DNA of 64,000 nucleotides from Eledone cirrhosa. Its lineage: Eukaryota. The translations under genes were made by a program, and so were the position numbers. How positions within the stretch are numbered: position 1 is the stretch's first letter; every line of letters starts with the position of its first letter. This document shows, one piece after another, positions 1 through 12,419 of this stretch. Below the pieces are notes generated by a model. It made no database searches, was not told the origin of the DNA, and saw only the letters and a list, made by a program, of their open reading frames with translations. The stretch spans positions 10,478,001 to 10,542,000 of the forward strand of contig OZ024751.1 of the NCBI GenBank assembly GCA_964016885.1. The letters run 5' to 3'.

Positions 1-360
1 CTTTCACTCTCACTCTCTCTCTCTCTACGCGTGCGCAAAAATCATTCGCACGCGCGCACGTGTTTCCACTGTCGGACAGACAGACAGAGAAATTGCTGGT
101 TATATATTATAAGGAGATTACATATACATATGTAACTATGTATATCATCATCATCATCATCCCCATTATATTTATATATAATATGACCCACACTGTAAAT
201 GTGGTTGGTGTTAGGAAGGGCATCCAACTGTAGAAAACCTGCCAGACAGTCCTATGCGAGCAAGACAATCACTCTTGCCTCAAGTGGGACTACCCCCGTC
301 CAAACCCATGCAAGCGTGGAACATGGACGTTAAACGTTGATGATGATGATGATGATGATG

Positions 361-1291
361 GGCCGAAGCCGAAAAAAATTTTGTTTGGCAGCTCTAATTG
401 CGCCTTAATTTTATTCAAAAAATTGTATACTAACATATTCGAATACCAGGCACTATTGGAATCAACAATAGCAGCGTCCTGAGGGTCATTACAAAACACA
501 AATTCGCGAGAATTAGTGTTTAAGGCTTGGAAGGTGGTAAAAAAATCCACAAAATCTTCCATTCTTTTAAAAAAAAAATTTATTTTTAATAATATTTAAA
601 TAACTGGCGGTTTGAAAAAAATATTCCTATGAAATTTTAATCATACCATTAGGTGTGAATAAGGAAATATTTTTTTATTGTCAAAACAAATGTTCAAAAG
701 TTAAACTTCAATTTTTTGAATTATTTCCAATTTTTTCATGAAATTGAACACTGGACATTGGCTGCTGGAAATGGAAATTAAATCGTATTTAATTGTATTT
801 AAATTTCTAACCTTATTTTATTATTTATATTTTTTCAATAAGAAATAAAAAAAAAACAACAAAAAAAACGGAAGAAAAAATTGAACAAATCAAACGTAGG
901 TTATGGAACTGCGCAATCTGATTAATAAATTACCTCATCAGCAGCAACCTTCTTCAAATGGTCCTTATTATCAGCAGCAACAACCACAAATTCAATGGCA
1001 ACCTTCTTCGCATGGTGTCAAGTCAGAACCGCCTTGAACTGGTTACTTCTGGCTTGTGCAAGGTGTCTCTATAGCAACCAGCAATTCCCTCGGCCTCAGT
1101 GACCAAAGTCAGTGGAGAGGGGAAGGTAATGTTTCTGTAGCACGTGTTTTAGCGTCTATTCACTCTCTCTCCCTCTCGCTATCCCCCTCTCGTAGTCTGT
1201 CTCTTTCTTTCACTCTCACTCTCTCTCTACGCACGTGTTTCCACTGTCGGACAGACAGACAGAGAAATTGCTGGTTATATATATAAGTAGA
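361..1291 (-). mobile_element. Probable Helitron 5' portion; a second 5' end lies at 1-117
   Basis: Minus strand A|TCTACTTATATATATAACCAGCAATTTCTCTGTCTGTCTGTC has the same architecture as the 43810 end. 1207-1291 is repeated at 1-117. No 3' end seen. Confidence 0.5.
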
Positions 1292-1595
1292 TATGAAGGT
1301 AGGCTGAAAAGTTCATAGGCTGACTATGAAGGAATGATGGTTTAAACTACCAAGTCATTCTCGATTGTGAGTGATGGCTGTACTAGTTTTTGGTAGTAAA
1401 TGATATACAAAAAGATGGGATGGATACAACTAGAATGTTTTTGATCATAGGTGAGTTGATTGATGGCAGACCCAGGGTTAAACAACAACAAGGGCACCTC
1501 AACAAGATGGTTTGACTTGCTAGAATGTCTATGGTTATGATATTTGGCAAATGAGAGATAAGTCACTGGATAGATTTTATGGGCAAAAACCAACA

Positions 1596-2100
1596 GAAGA
1601 AGAAGAAGAACAAAAAGAAGACAAAGAAAAAGAAGACGAAGGAAAAAGAAGACAAAGGAAAAAGAAGACGAAGAAAAAGAAGACGAAGAAAAAGAAGACG
1701 AAGAAAAAGAAGACAAAGAAAAAGAAGACAAAGAAAAAGAAGTCTAAGAAAAAGAAGACGAAGGAAAAAGAAGACGAAGGAAAAAGAAGACAAAGAAAAA
1801 GAAGACGAAGAAAAAGAAGACGAAGAAAAAGAAGACGAAGAAAAAGAAGACGAAGGAAAAAGAAGACGAAGGAAAAAGAAGACGAAGGAAAAAGAAGACG
1901 AAGGAAAAAGAAGACGAAGGAAAAAGAAGACGAAGGAAAAAGAAGACGAAGGAAAAAGAAGACGAAGGAAAAAGAAGACGAAGAAAAAGAAGACGAAGAA
2001 AAAGAAGACAAAGAAAAAGAAGACGAAGAAAAATAAGACAAAGAAAAAGAAGACAAAGAAAAAGAAGACGAAGAAAAATAAGACGAAGGAAAAGAAGAGA
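1596..2100. repeat. Polypurine minisatellite, 15-bp GAAAAAGAAGACGAA
   Basis: Direct tandem units. Confidence 0.95.
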
Positions 2101-2191
2101 TAAATCCTCCTTCTGTATAAAGAGAGCAATACCTCTTAACAGGGCCTCAGAAACTAGTGGCAGATAAGGAGAAAAACCTTACATGTCTTAA

Positions 2192-2402
2192 CCCTTTAGC
2201 ATTTACATTCCTCTATGTTGACCATTATATTTTCATGGTAAAGGCTTTATCTCACATAATTATCTCACATAATATTAAATCTATGAGATTTTCATATTTA
2301 TTTTGAGAACAAATCCCTTAACATTGGGATGAGTGGATGGTTAAGAAACAGAAAGAGGTGAGAGAATTCTGGCCGGATACAGTTGGTTTAAATGCTAAAG
2401 GG
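2192..2402. mobile_element. piggyBac-type MITE (~210 bp)
   Basis: TTAA|CCCTTTAGCATTTA...TAAATGCTAAAGGG|TTAA. Further copies at 11191-11413, ~23002-23218, 44083-44413, 58550-59109 (nested SINE), 60477-60685 and a partial near 17000. Confidence 0.85.
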
Positions 2403-2539
2403 TTAAATGAGAGGCTTAGCTTGAAATACTTGCAACAAAGTAAAGTTGTACTGTTCAAGTACTCAGGGGTCATATAGTGATGTTAAGCAAGACTCCAAAG
2501 AATAGATAGAGTGAGATGAGGAGGGACAACGCTAATTAC

Positions 2540-2560
2540 CTTTTTGAATGGCCACCAAAT
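2540..2560 (-). CDS. DSTYK: Candidate 21-nt DSTYK microexon
   Basis: TATTAAC...CTCTCTCTTTCTCTAAATAG|ATTTGGTGGCCATTCAAAAAG|GTAATT. Phase 2->2, compatible with the upstream exon; reads (R)FGGHSK(R/S). Confidence 0.5.
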
Positions 2561-2673
2561 CTATTTAGAGAAAGAGAGAGGGAGTTAATATTTTCAGACT
2601 GGATTAAGTCTAAATGTAGCATATAAATCTATACATAAATTTGAACGACCTCTGTCTGTCTGTCACTCAATGC

Positions 2674-2706
<33 letters not shown>

Positions 2707-2993
2707 GAAAAGGATGGAAGGGGATGATGAAAAAAACTATAGCAAAACAGTGGCTGGCGTTTTATTTGCTACACTGTGTGTGAGAGAGTATGTGTATGTG
2801 TGTGTTTGTGTAAATGTATGTGTGTGTTTGTGTAATTGTATGTCTGTGAGTGTGTATTTTTGTAAGTGTGTCTGTGTTTGTGCGTTTATATTTATATACT
2901 CATACATATAAATGTATGCATATGCACACACACACATATACATATGCGTCAGAGTGCTGTAAAAAATATAAATTGATGAAAAAATCAACAAAC

Positions 2994-3091
2994 CGGCTTT
3001 GGCATAAATTATTTAAGATCTCCACAGCAGCTCGATTCTTCCAGGCAAGATCAACACGGGGAGGTGTCTTCCAAGGTACCAATAAAATCAA
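2994..3091 (-). CDS. DSTYK: DSTYK exon
   Basis: TTTCAG|TTG acceptor, CG|GTTTGT donor; 98 nt, phase 0->2. LILLVPWKTPPRVDLAWKNRAAVEILNNLCQS, cf. ITWVSPPAITLEWKRKVA. Confidence 0.85.
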
Positions 3092-3270
3092 CTGAAATAT
3101 AACAAAAATACATCCAAATATACATATATGCATACACATTTATATATATATATTGGAAATCCGCGTCCTTAGTATGGTTTGCTAATTTGTTGTGGTACTA
3201 ACTCCATACCAAACTCATCCTCTGGACTGAGTGCTCTACTTACTACGGATATAACCTCCCAGTTTTTTAC

Positions 3271-3311
<41 letters not shown>

Positions 3312-3340
3312 GTTATGTAATAAACAACATAAGGCAATTA

Positions 3341-3401
3341 TTTCATTTACCAGTGGTTTCTTAAAAGCAAAACAATTTTGTTTTCAATCATCAGAATGAA
3401 A
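3341..3401 (-). ncRNA. Type I hammerhead ribozyme motif, intronic, sense to DSTYK
   Basis: UUUCAUU-CUGAUGA-UUGAAAACAAAA(UUG)UUUUGCUUUUAA-GAAA-CC(ACU)GG-UA/AAUGAAA. GUA triplet; stem II closed by an atypical U-A pair. Confidence 0.65.
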
Positions 3402-4129
3402 AAATTCTGGTGCATTTATTGGCGTTGGATTTTAAAAACAAAAATATAATCTATATGAAAGTGAGGCTGGAAAAGGAAGAAGGAAAGGAAAAATAAAAAC
3501 ACATGCAAACATCACACACACACACACAATTATATACATACACATATATATACATACACATATACACACATATATATATATATATATACATACACATACA
3601 TACACACATAAATATCAACATATCCATACATACACATACATACAAATACACAAACGTGCATACACACACACACATATACATGCATATATATATATATATA
3701 TACATAAACATATATATACATACATACACACACATACATATATATACACAGATACATATATATATACATATACATACACAAATACATACACACGTGTTTG
3801 TGTGTGTATGTATATATATGCATATATATATGTGTATATATATATATTTATATATATATATGTATGTGTGTATGTATATGCATAATTACATACAGTGATT
3901 TAATGCTTATTTTCATTGATCTTTTGCTCCAGGAACTTGTTGAGTGCTCTAAATCTGCTATAAACATTTATACCTTTTCTAAATATATTTTTTAAATTTA
4001 TTATATGTCGTATTCCCAACTTTTTATTTTCATTTTTATTTTTATTTTTATATATACAATATTTAGATTTTTTTATATATATAATATTTATGTTCTTTCT
4101 CATATATATATATATATATATATAATTAT

Positions 4130-4164
<35 letters not shown>

Positions 4165-4333
4165 CATACGTATGTGTATGTATATGTGTGTGTAGGTATA
4201 TATATATGTATATATATATACATGTATATGTATATATGTGTATGTATATATATATATGAATTATCTAAGAATGAGTTTTACACACATATATGTGTGTGTT
4301 TGTATTTGTATGTATGTGTTTGTGATATGTATG

Positions 4334-4942
4334 TCATCATCATCATCATCAACGTTTAACGTCCGTGTTCCACGCTTGCATGGGTTTGGACGGGGGTAGT
4401 CCCACTTGAGGCAAGAGTGATTGTCTTGCTCGCATAGGACTGTCTGGCAGGTTTTCTACAGCTGGATGCCCTTCCTAACACCAACCACATTTACAGTGTG
4501 GGTCTGGGAGGTTTTTACCGTGTTGCCTACACGGCCACATTACAGCGTGGACTGTGTGTTTTTTGTCGTGACACCTACACGATCTCATTTGTTTCGGCCT
4601 GGATGGTGTGGCACCAACATAACTTTACATAGAACGGGGTGGTGTGGATGGGGTGGGGGTGGTGGGACGGGGGGGGGGGGGGGGGGTATTTTGTTAGAGA
4701 TGCCTACTGGCTGTAGTAGGTTTTACTATGTATTTAGGTAAGGCGGGTCTTCTCTGTTACTGAGTACCGCCAAAGGTCTCGGTCCAGTGACATTGTCTTG
4801 GAGAGGTGTAAGTGTGTGAGGTCGGAGTTTATCAGCTCGTCCCAGGTTTTTCTAGGTCTGCCTATTCCGTGGCTACCGTCTATCTTTATTGCTCTGCACT
4901 TTGTTATACAGCTATCGACTTTCATGCGCATCACGTGTCCAT
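4334..4942 (-). mobile_element. RTE LINE 3' fragment
   Basis: YGHVMRM...GRPRKTW C-terminus plus 3'UTR and (CAT)n tail. Confidence 0.9.
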
Positions 4943-4963
4943 AATGTATGGATATGTATGTAT

Positions 4964-4999
<36 letters not shown>

Positions 5000-5439
5000 A
5001 TATATGTATATGTGTGTGTGTGTGCGTGTGTATATGTGTATGCGTATGTATGTGTTTATATATTTGTATATGTATGTGTATGTGTGAGAGTGTGTGTATG
5101 TATTTATTTTTACGTATGTATGTGTACGTGAATTTGTGTGTATTGCTTACCACGTGTGTTTGTTCATTTATTTGTTGCCTGTATCGCTGTCAACACTATA
5201 ATAATCTTTATATTCATTTTTATTTTTTTATTATTATATATTTTTTCTTATATTTATTTGTGTGTGTGAGTATGTAGGTGTGTGTATATATTTCTATATT
5301 TGTGCATGTGTATGTATGCGTGTATATATGTGTGTATGTATGTGTATGTATGTACGTGTATGTGTATGTATATATATATGTATCTGTGTATATATATGTA
5401 TGTGTGTGTATGTATATATATGTTTATGTATATATATAT

Positions 5440-6947
5440 GAATGGCTTGTGAGGGCTATACAAGCCATGTATAAAGAAACAGTCAGCAAGGTTAGAATTA
5501 ACAACGAATATAGTGAAGAGTTTAGCGTAAAAGTTGGCGTCCATCAGGGCTCTGTTCTCAGCCCCCTACTATTTATTATTGCCCTTCAGGCTATAACAGA
5601 GGAGTTCAAGACAGGCTGCCCATGGGAACTCCTATACGCAGACGACCTGACACTCATAGCGGAATCAATGGCCGAGCTAGAGAAGAAATTCCAAACATGG
5701 AAGCACGGCCTAGAGTCAAAAGGACTTAAAATTAACCTGGCTAAGACCAAAGTTCTAGTTTGTAGAAAAGAAAACAAGGCGGCGGTCCCTTCTGGGAAAT
5801 GGTCGTGCTCGGTGTGTAGGAAAGGCGTAGGTAGAAACTCCATTTTATGTCCTAAATGCAAAGTATGGGTGCATAAAAGATGTAGTGGGATCACAGGTAA
5901 GCTAACTAAGAACATAGATTTTACATGTGGCCGGTGTTCTGGTGCAATAAGTAGCAGCAAGTGCCCACAAAATACTAGCTCTTTCAATTGCGCAGAGGGT
6001 TCTATAGAAATAGTGGACAGCTTCCGTTACCTGGGCGATAAAATCAGCAGTGGGGGAGGGTGCTCTGAAAGTACTGTAGCTAGAGTCAGAACTGGTTGGA
6101 AAAAGTTCAGAGAGCTTATACCACTATTAGCTGCTAAAGGGTTCTCCCTAAAAATGAAAGGCAGGTTGTACGATGCCTGCATACGAACAGCAATGTTGCA
6201 TGGTAGTGAGACCTGGGCATTGTGTGCAGAGGATATACGCAGACTAGAGAGGAACGAAGCTTGCATGCTCCGCTGGATGTGTAACAGTAATATACGTGAA
6301 CGGCAAAGCATAAACGAACTAAGGAAAAAATTAGAGATAAGAGGGATCAGATGTTGTTTACTCGAGAGAAGGCTGCGTTGGTATGGACACGTGATGCGCA
6401 TGAAAGTCGATAGCTGTATAACAAAGTGCAGGGCAATAAAGATAGACGGTAGCCACGGAATAGGCAGACCTAGAAAAACCTGGGATGAGCTGATAAACTC
6501 CGACCTCACACACTTGCACCTCTCCAAGACAATGTCACTGGACCGAGACCTTTGGCGGTACTCAGTAACAGAGAAGACCCGCCTTGCCAGTAGGCATCTC
6601 TAACAAAATACACCCCCCCCCCCCCCATCCACACCACCCTGTTCTATGTAAAGTTATGTTGGTGCCGCGCCATCCAGGCCGAAACAAATGAGATCGTGTA
6701 GGTGTCACGACAAAAAAACACACAGTCCACGCTGTAATGTGGCCGTGTAGGCAACACGGTAAAAACCTCCCAGACCCACACTGTAAACGTGGTTGGTGTT
6801 AGGAAGGGCATCCAACTGTAGAAAACCTGCCAGACAGTCCTATGCGAGCAAGACAATCACTCTTGCCTCAAGTGGGACTACCCCCGTCCAAACCCATGCA
6901 AGCGTGGAACACGGACGTTAAACGTTGATGATGATGATGATGATGAT
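5440..6947 (+). mobile_element. RTE-clade LINE, 5'-truncated
   Basis: Near-identical to 33512-35470; YADD; (TGA)n tail. A ~28-nt deletion removes the normal stop codon. Confidence 0.95.
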
Positions 6948-7284
6948 ATATATATGCATGTATTTGTGTGTGTGTGTGTGTATGCACGTTTGTGTATTTG
7001 TATGTATGTGTATGTATGGATATGTTGATATTTATGTGTGTATGTATGTATGTGTATATGTATGTGTATGTATATATATACACATATATGTGTGTGTGTG
7101 TGTGTATATGTGTGTGTGTATGTATGTGTGTATATATATATGTGTGTATGTATATAATTGTGTGTGTGTGTGTGTTTGCATGTGTGTTTTTATTTTTCCT
7201 TTCCTTCTTCCTTTTCCAGCCTCACTTTCATATAGATTATATTTTTGTTTTTAAAATCCAACGCCAATAAATACACCAGGATTT

Positions 7285-7345
7285 TTTCATTTTGATGATT
7301 GAAAGCAAAATTTTTTGGCTTTTAAGAAACCACTGGTAAATGAAA
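7285..7345 (+). ncRNA. Inverted hammerhead copy with core mutation
   Basis: Same fold as 3341-3401 but the core reads UUGAUGA instead of CUGAUGA. Confidence 0.55.
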
Positions 7346-7351
7346 TAATTG

Positions 7352-7532
7352 TTTCTACTTTAGGCACAAGGCCAGCAATTACCCAGTGCATTACTGGTAC
7401 TTTATTTTATCGACCCCGTAAGGATGAAAGGCAAAGTCAACCTCGGCGGGATTGGAACTCAGATCGTAAAGGGACGTAACTATGCTGGAAAGCATGGCGT
7501 CCGACCCTCCACCGATACTGCCAATCCACTGC
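7352..7532 (-). mobile_element. tRNA-derived SINE (octopus OK-like), many copies
   Basis: A box TGGCAGTATCGG and B box GAGTTC.AATCC; 22-bp TSD at 7330-7351/7533-7554. Copies near 9.8, 15.1, 19.5, 23.3, 26.0-26.6, 38.3, 39.0, 40.6, 44.8-45.1, 46.4, 49.1-49.5, 58.6 and 63.3-63.8 kb. Confidence 0.88.
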
Positions 7533-7640
7533 CCACTGGTAAATGAAATAATTGCCTTATGTTGTTTATTACATAACTATTAAGCTCTGTTACCTACATA
7601 GAGCACTCTTTTTTCCTGGACTTTTCCAACGGAATTACTT

Positions 7641-7676
<36 letters not shown>

Positions 7677-7714
7677 TGTGAATTCTATATATATATATAT
7701 ATATATATATGTAA

Positions 7715-8327
7715 AATAGTAATATACGCGAACGACAAAACATAAATGAATTGAGAGAGAGACTGAGCATAAGAGAAATCAAATGCTGTGTGCAGGAGAG
7801 GCGGTTGCATTGGTATAGACATGTGATGCGCATGAAGGATGACAGCTGCATAAAAAGGTGCAGAGCACTAGAAGTCAATGGAAACCGCGGAGTGGGGAGA
7901 CCCAAGAAGACCTGGGATGAGGTGATAAAAGCCGACCTTACCCAATTACACCTCTCAAAGGAGATGACACACGACCGTGACCTCTGGCGTCACGCAGTAA
8001 TACAGAGTACCCGACCTCCCATGAGTACAAGCTGAAGCATATAGACAATATGCCCCCACACCCTCCCACTGCAAGGTGATCGTGGAGGTGCCACGGCAAA
8101 AAAGCACCCAGCCCACACTGTAAAGTAGACGTGTAGGCGCCACGGAAAAAGCACCCAGCACTCACTGTAAATGAGGTTGGTGTTAGGAAGGGCATCCAGC
8201 TGTAGAAATCAAGCCAGAATCAGTTCCCGTATGAGCAAGGCATGGTCAGCCGACCAGACACTGCCCACAACAGGACAACCCATGCTAGCATGGAAGAACG
8301 GAGATAAAATGATGATGATGATGATGA
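7715..8327 (+). mobile_element. RTE LINE 3' fragment, other subfamily
   Basis: RRLHWYRHVMRM...GRPKKTW and (TGA)n tail. Confidence 0.85.
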
Positions 8328-8947
8328 TATATAATTTAATATAGAAATGGCTTCTACAGGACTAGAACTGTTTCATTTGAAGGAAATTTGAATGAAACAG
8401 TTTTAGTCCTGGAGAAGTAATTTCTATAATAAAATTATAATAATAAATATATAGGACGGGCTGACCCTTTATGAGAGACCAGGTCGGAGGACAGTGTTTC
8501 GCTCACACTGATTTTGGCTTGGTTTCTTGCCGTTAGGAAAGGCATCCAGCTGTAGAAACCAAACCAAAATCAGTTGTGTGTGAGCAAAACACATTCCTCC
8601 GACCTGATCCCTCACAAAGGGACAGCCCATCCTACCCATGCTAGCGTGGAAAATGGATGTTAAATAATGATGATGATTATATATATATAAATTAATAAAA
8701 ACATTGAAATAAAAACAAAGAACAAGTTCCTTATATTAAAAAAATTCATCATTTTACCATCATTTCTGGGATGTATATGTGTGTTGGTATGTATATCATG
8801 TAAAAATATTATTACATCTTATCTGATAATTTGTAATATTTTTACTAAGATCTATATGATATACATACCAACACACATATACATCCCAGAAACGATCATA
8901 AAATGATGAATTTTTTAATATAAGGAACTTGTTATTTGTTTCTATTT

Positions 8948-9380
8948 CATTCATCATCATCATCATCGTTTAACGTCCATCTTCCACGCTTGCATGGGTT
9001 TGGATGGGAGTTTTCCCACTTGAGGCAAGAGTGGTTGTCTTACTCGCATAGGACTGTCTGGCGGGTTTTCTATGGTTGGATGCCCTTCCTAACACCAACC
9101 ACGTTTACAGTGTGGACTGGGAGGTTTTTACCGTGTTACTTAAACGGCCACATTACAGCGTGGACTGAGTGTTTTTTTGTCGTAACACCTACACGACCTC
9201 ATTTGTTTCGGACTGGATGTTGTGGTACCAACATAACTTTACATTGAAAGGGGTGGTGTGGATGGGGTGGGCGTATTTTTGTTAGAGGTGCCTACTGACT
9301 GTAGTAGGTTTCACTTTGTACTTAGGTAAGGCGGGTCTTCTGTATTACTGTGTAGCGCCAAAGATCTCAGTCCAATGGAG
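8948..9380 (-). mobile_element. RTE LINE 3'UTR fragment
   Basis: Similar to 4334-4800. Confidence 0.8.
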
Positions 9381-9939
9381 ACATTGTTTTTATTAATTTA
9401 TCTTGACTCTGTTTTCCTATGATTTTTATCGAAAATTTTTGAATGCATCTTCTCTTTTCATGATATTTGGATTACATTGAGTTTTTCATACGGATTGGAC
9501 ACTACCGTATATTTTGGTAGATTTATCTCTCTATATATATATATATATATATAATCATTATCCCCATCACTGTTTAACATCCATTTTCACTGCTAGCAAA
9601 GGCTAGACATCACAGAGCCTCTGATCTCCAGATGGACGGAGGGCCTGACATATGACCTTACACTCTCCTGTGTGCATTTTATTGTCACAGAAAAACTAGG
9701 TAAGTTGATGATAGTAATGATAATAATTGTTTCTATTTTTGGCACAAGGACAGCTATTTGAAAGGGAAGGGGAAAGTCGGGTAAATTGAGCCCAGTGCAT
9801 TACTGGTCCTTTATTTTATCAAATTCGTAAAGATGAAAGGCAAACCTAACCTCGGCAGATTAGTATTCAGAACGTAAAGGGTGGTAACTATATGCTACAA
9901 AACGTTGTCTGATGTATTACCAATTCAGTCAATCCACAA

Positions 9940-10081
9940 GATGATGATGATGATGATAATGACGATGATGGTGACAATAATGATGATAGTAATGATAACA
10001 ATGGTGACGATGGTGAAAATGATGATGATGATGATGGTGATGCCAATGATGAGGATGACAATGATGATGATGACAAAAATG

Positions 10082-10113
<32 letters not shown>

Positions 10114-10677
10114 GGTGATGCCAATGATGAGGATGACAAAAATGATGATGATGATGGTGATCATCATCATTATAGTGATCATAATGATGATGGTGACAAA
10201 TATGATGATGGCAATGGTGATGATGATGATGGTGGTGGAGGTGATGATGATTATAATGGTGATGGTGGTGATGATGGTGACAAATATGATGGCAATGGTG
10301 TTGATGGTGATGATGATGATGATGATGATGATGATTATAATGGTGGTGGTGGTGATGATGGTGACAAATATGATGGCAATGGTGATGATGACGATGATGA
10401 TGATGATGGTGGAGGTGATGATTATAATGGTGGTGGTGGTGATGATGGTGACAAATATGATGATGGCAATGGTGATGATGATGATGATGGTGGTGGAAGT
10501 GATGATGATGATGATGATTATAATGGTGATGGTGATGATGATGACAAATATGATGATGATGATGATGGTGATGGTGGTGGAGGTGATGATGATGATGATG
10601 ATGATGGTGGTGGAGGTGATGATGATGATGATTATAATGGTGATGGTGGTGATGATGATGACAAATATGATGATGAT
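9940..10677. repeat. (GAT/GGT)n compound microsatellite
   Basis: Abuts the DSTYK donor at 10688. Confidence 0.95.
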
Positions 10678-10687
10678 AGATTTTTAC

Positions 10688-10771
10688 CTGTTTCATCTTC
10701 TCTAAAAATAGACGCATGAACGATGAACTGGATTCAAATGTAATCTGAACATGGTAGGCAGCATTCATTAT
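10688..10771 (-). CDS. DSTYK: DSTYK exon
   Basis: CACAG|ATA acceptor, CAG|GTAAAA donor; 84 nt, phase 0->0. IMNAAYHVQITFESSSSFMRLFLEKMKQ, cf. [28 protein letters not shown]. Confidence 0.92.
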
Positions 10772-11476
10772 CTGTGAAGTGAAAAGGAAAGAAACAATGT
10801 TTGTTGCCCCAAAATAACCATAACACAATGGCTGAAAACAGAGAAACAAAACAGAAAAACAGAAATTATTTAATGCTTTTAGTTTTATATGCATGGACCT
10901 GTTACTTAAAGAATAAGAAAGAAATGTTGTGTCATTTCTCTGTCACCAGAGAATGTACAATTGATTAAGTAAGCAAAATCCTTGCAATCGCAACCTTATA
11001 CCACAACTTTTAAGATGGCCGACTGAATACGCACATGTGTCTTTTTTCTCCCCAATTTTTTTCTCATTTTCCTCGTTCATTCCTCTCATCACTCTTTACT
11101 TTCTATCTTTTCTTCTATTTTTAACTATTTTCTGACGAGGGACTAGTTTCTGAAACGTTAAGACTTTCTTCCTGCTATTTCAAGCGTTAACCCTTAAGCA
11201 TTTAGATCGGCTGTATCCAGCCAGAATTCTCTCACCTTTTTCTGTTCAAACTGGCCAAAACCTGCTGCTCATACAAATGTTTAGGTATTGTTCTCAAAAT
11301 AAATAACATCAAAATCTCATAGCTTTGATATTATATGAGATAATTATGTAAGATAAGCCCTTTACTGCTGAAATACAATAGTATATATAGAGTAATGTAA
11401 ATGTGCTAAAGGGTTAAATTAATATATTTCTTCCATTTACTGTGCCGTTTGTTTTGTTATTTTTGTTATTACTTTT

Positions 11477-11529
<53 letters not shown>

Positions 11530-12071
11530 CATCATCTTTTAGTGTCCATTTTCCATGCTAGAATGGGTTAAATGAGTTGTCCCATAGTGGGACAAATCAG
11601 ATCAGGTGACTGTATCTTGCTCATATAGAACCGTTTCTGGCTTGGTTTCTAATTCCTAATGTCAACCATATTTACTGTGTGAACTGGGTGCTTTTTATTG
11701 TGGCACCAAAATGCCCAACTGGGTACTTTTTCAGATATATATCTAAAAACCCTCTTTTGTCACAAGTCACCATGGGATTTACACCTAGAAAGTTGCCCTC
11801 CGAGGCACAAGTCCAGGCAAGGTTATTTGTGGAAGACCAGCAGTCGCCCATGTATACCAGCCTTCCTTCTCCATGTCACCAATGTTGTCCAAGGAAAAGG
11901 CAATGGCTGATTACAACTTGGCACCAGTGATGTCGCAACTCATTTCTACAGCTGAGCAAACTGCAATATGAACACAACACATTGCCTAGTCTGGGAATCG
12001 AACTCACAACCTTACAATTGTGAATCCGATGATATATATATATAAATATCCCGAATGTATGGAATGGTTAC

Positions 12072-12154
12072 CTGTTTTAAAGCGTCTGTGGTTCGGGCAC
12101 CATCAGCAAATTCAGAATCTGTCTCTAGGTTTTCCAATGTCCTTGTTAATGTTC
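12072..12154 (-). CDS. DSTYK: DSTYK exon
   Basis: TTGCAG|GA acceptor, CAG|GTAACC donor; 83 nt, phase 1->0. TLTRTLENLETDSEFADGARTTDALKQ, cf. TLERCLQSLE...LKQ. Confidence 0.88.
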
Positions 12155-12419
12155 CTGCAACACACACAGATATATATATGAGCCAGTGTGGGAGTCAAAC
12201 GTAAAATAGTAATGATAATGATGATAATGATGATGTTAATGACTATGATGGTTAAAAATAGAAGAAATTGAAATGAAAAAGTTTTATCATGAAAAAAAAC
12301 AAAGAGAGAAAATGGTTATTTCTTCATCATAAAGATTTACCAGTTTCATTTGTTACTAAGATATTTATGGAAAAGATGAAAATTTACTTTAATTTTTGTT
12401 AACTATTGAAGAAATTGGG

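Noticed and set aside
1342-2129. Long K/R/E- or F/S-rich ORFs
   Set aside because: Translations of a purine minisatellite.
9881-10894. Poly-Met and poly-His ORFs
   Set aside because: (GAT)n microsatellite; only 10688-10771 is a real exon.
11125-11165. Functional hammerhead CTGACGA...GAAACGTT (relative at ~39865)
   Set aside because: Stems I and II pair poorly; treated as a decayed remnant.
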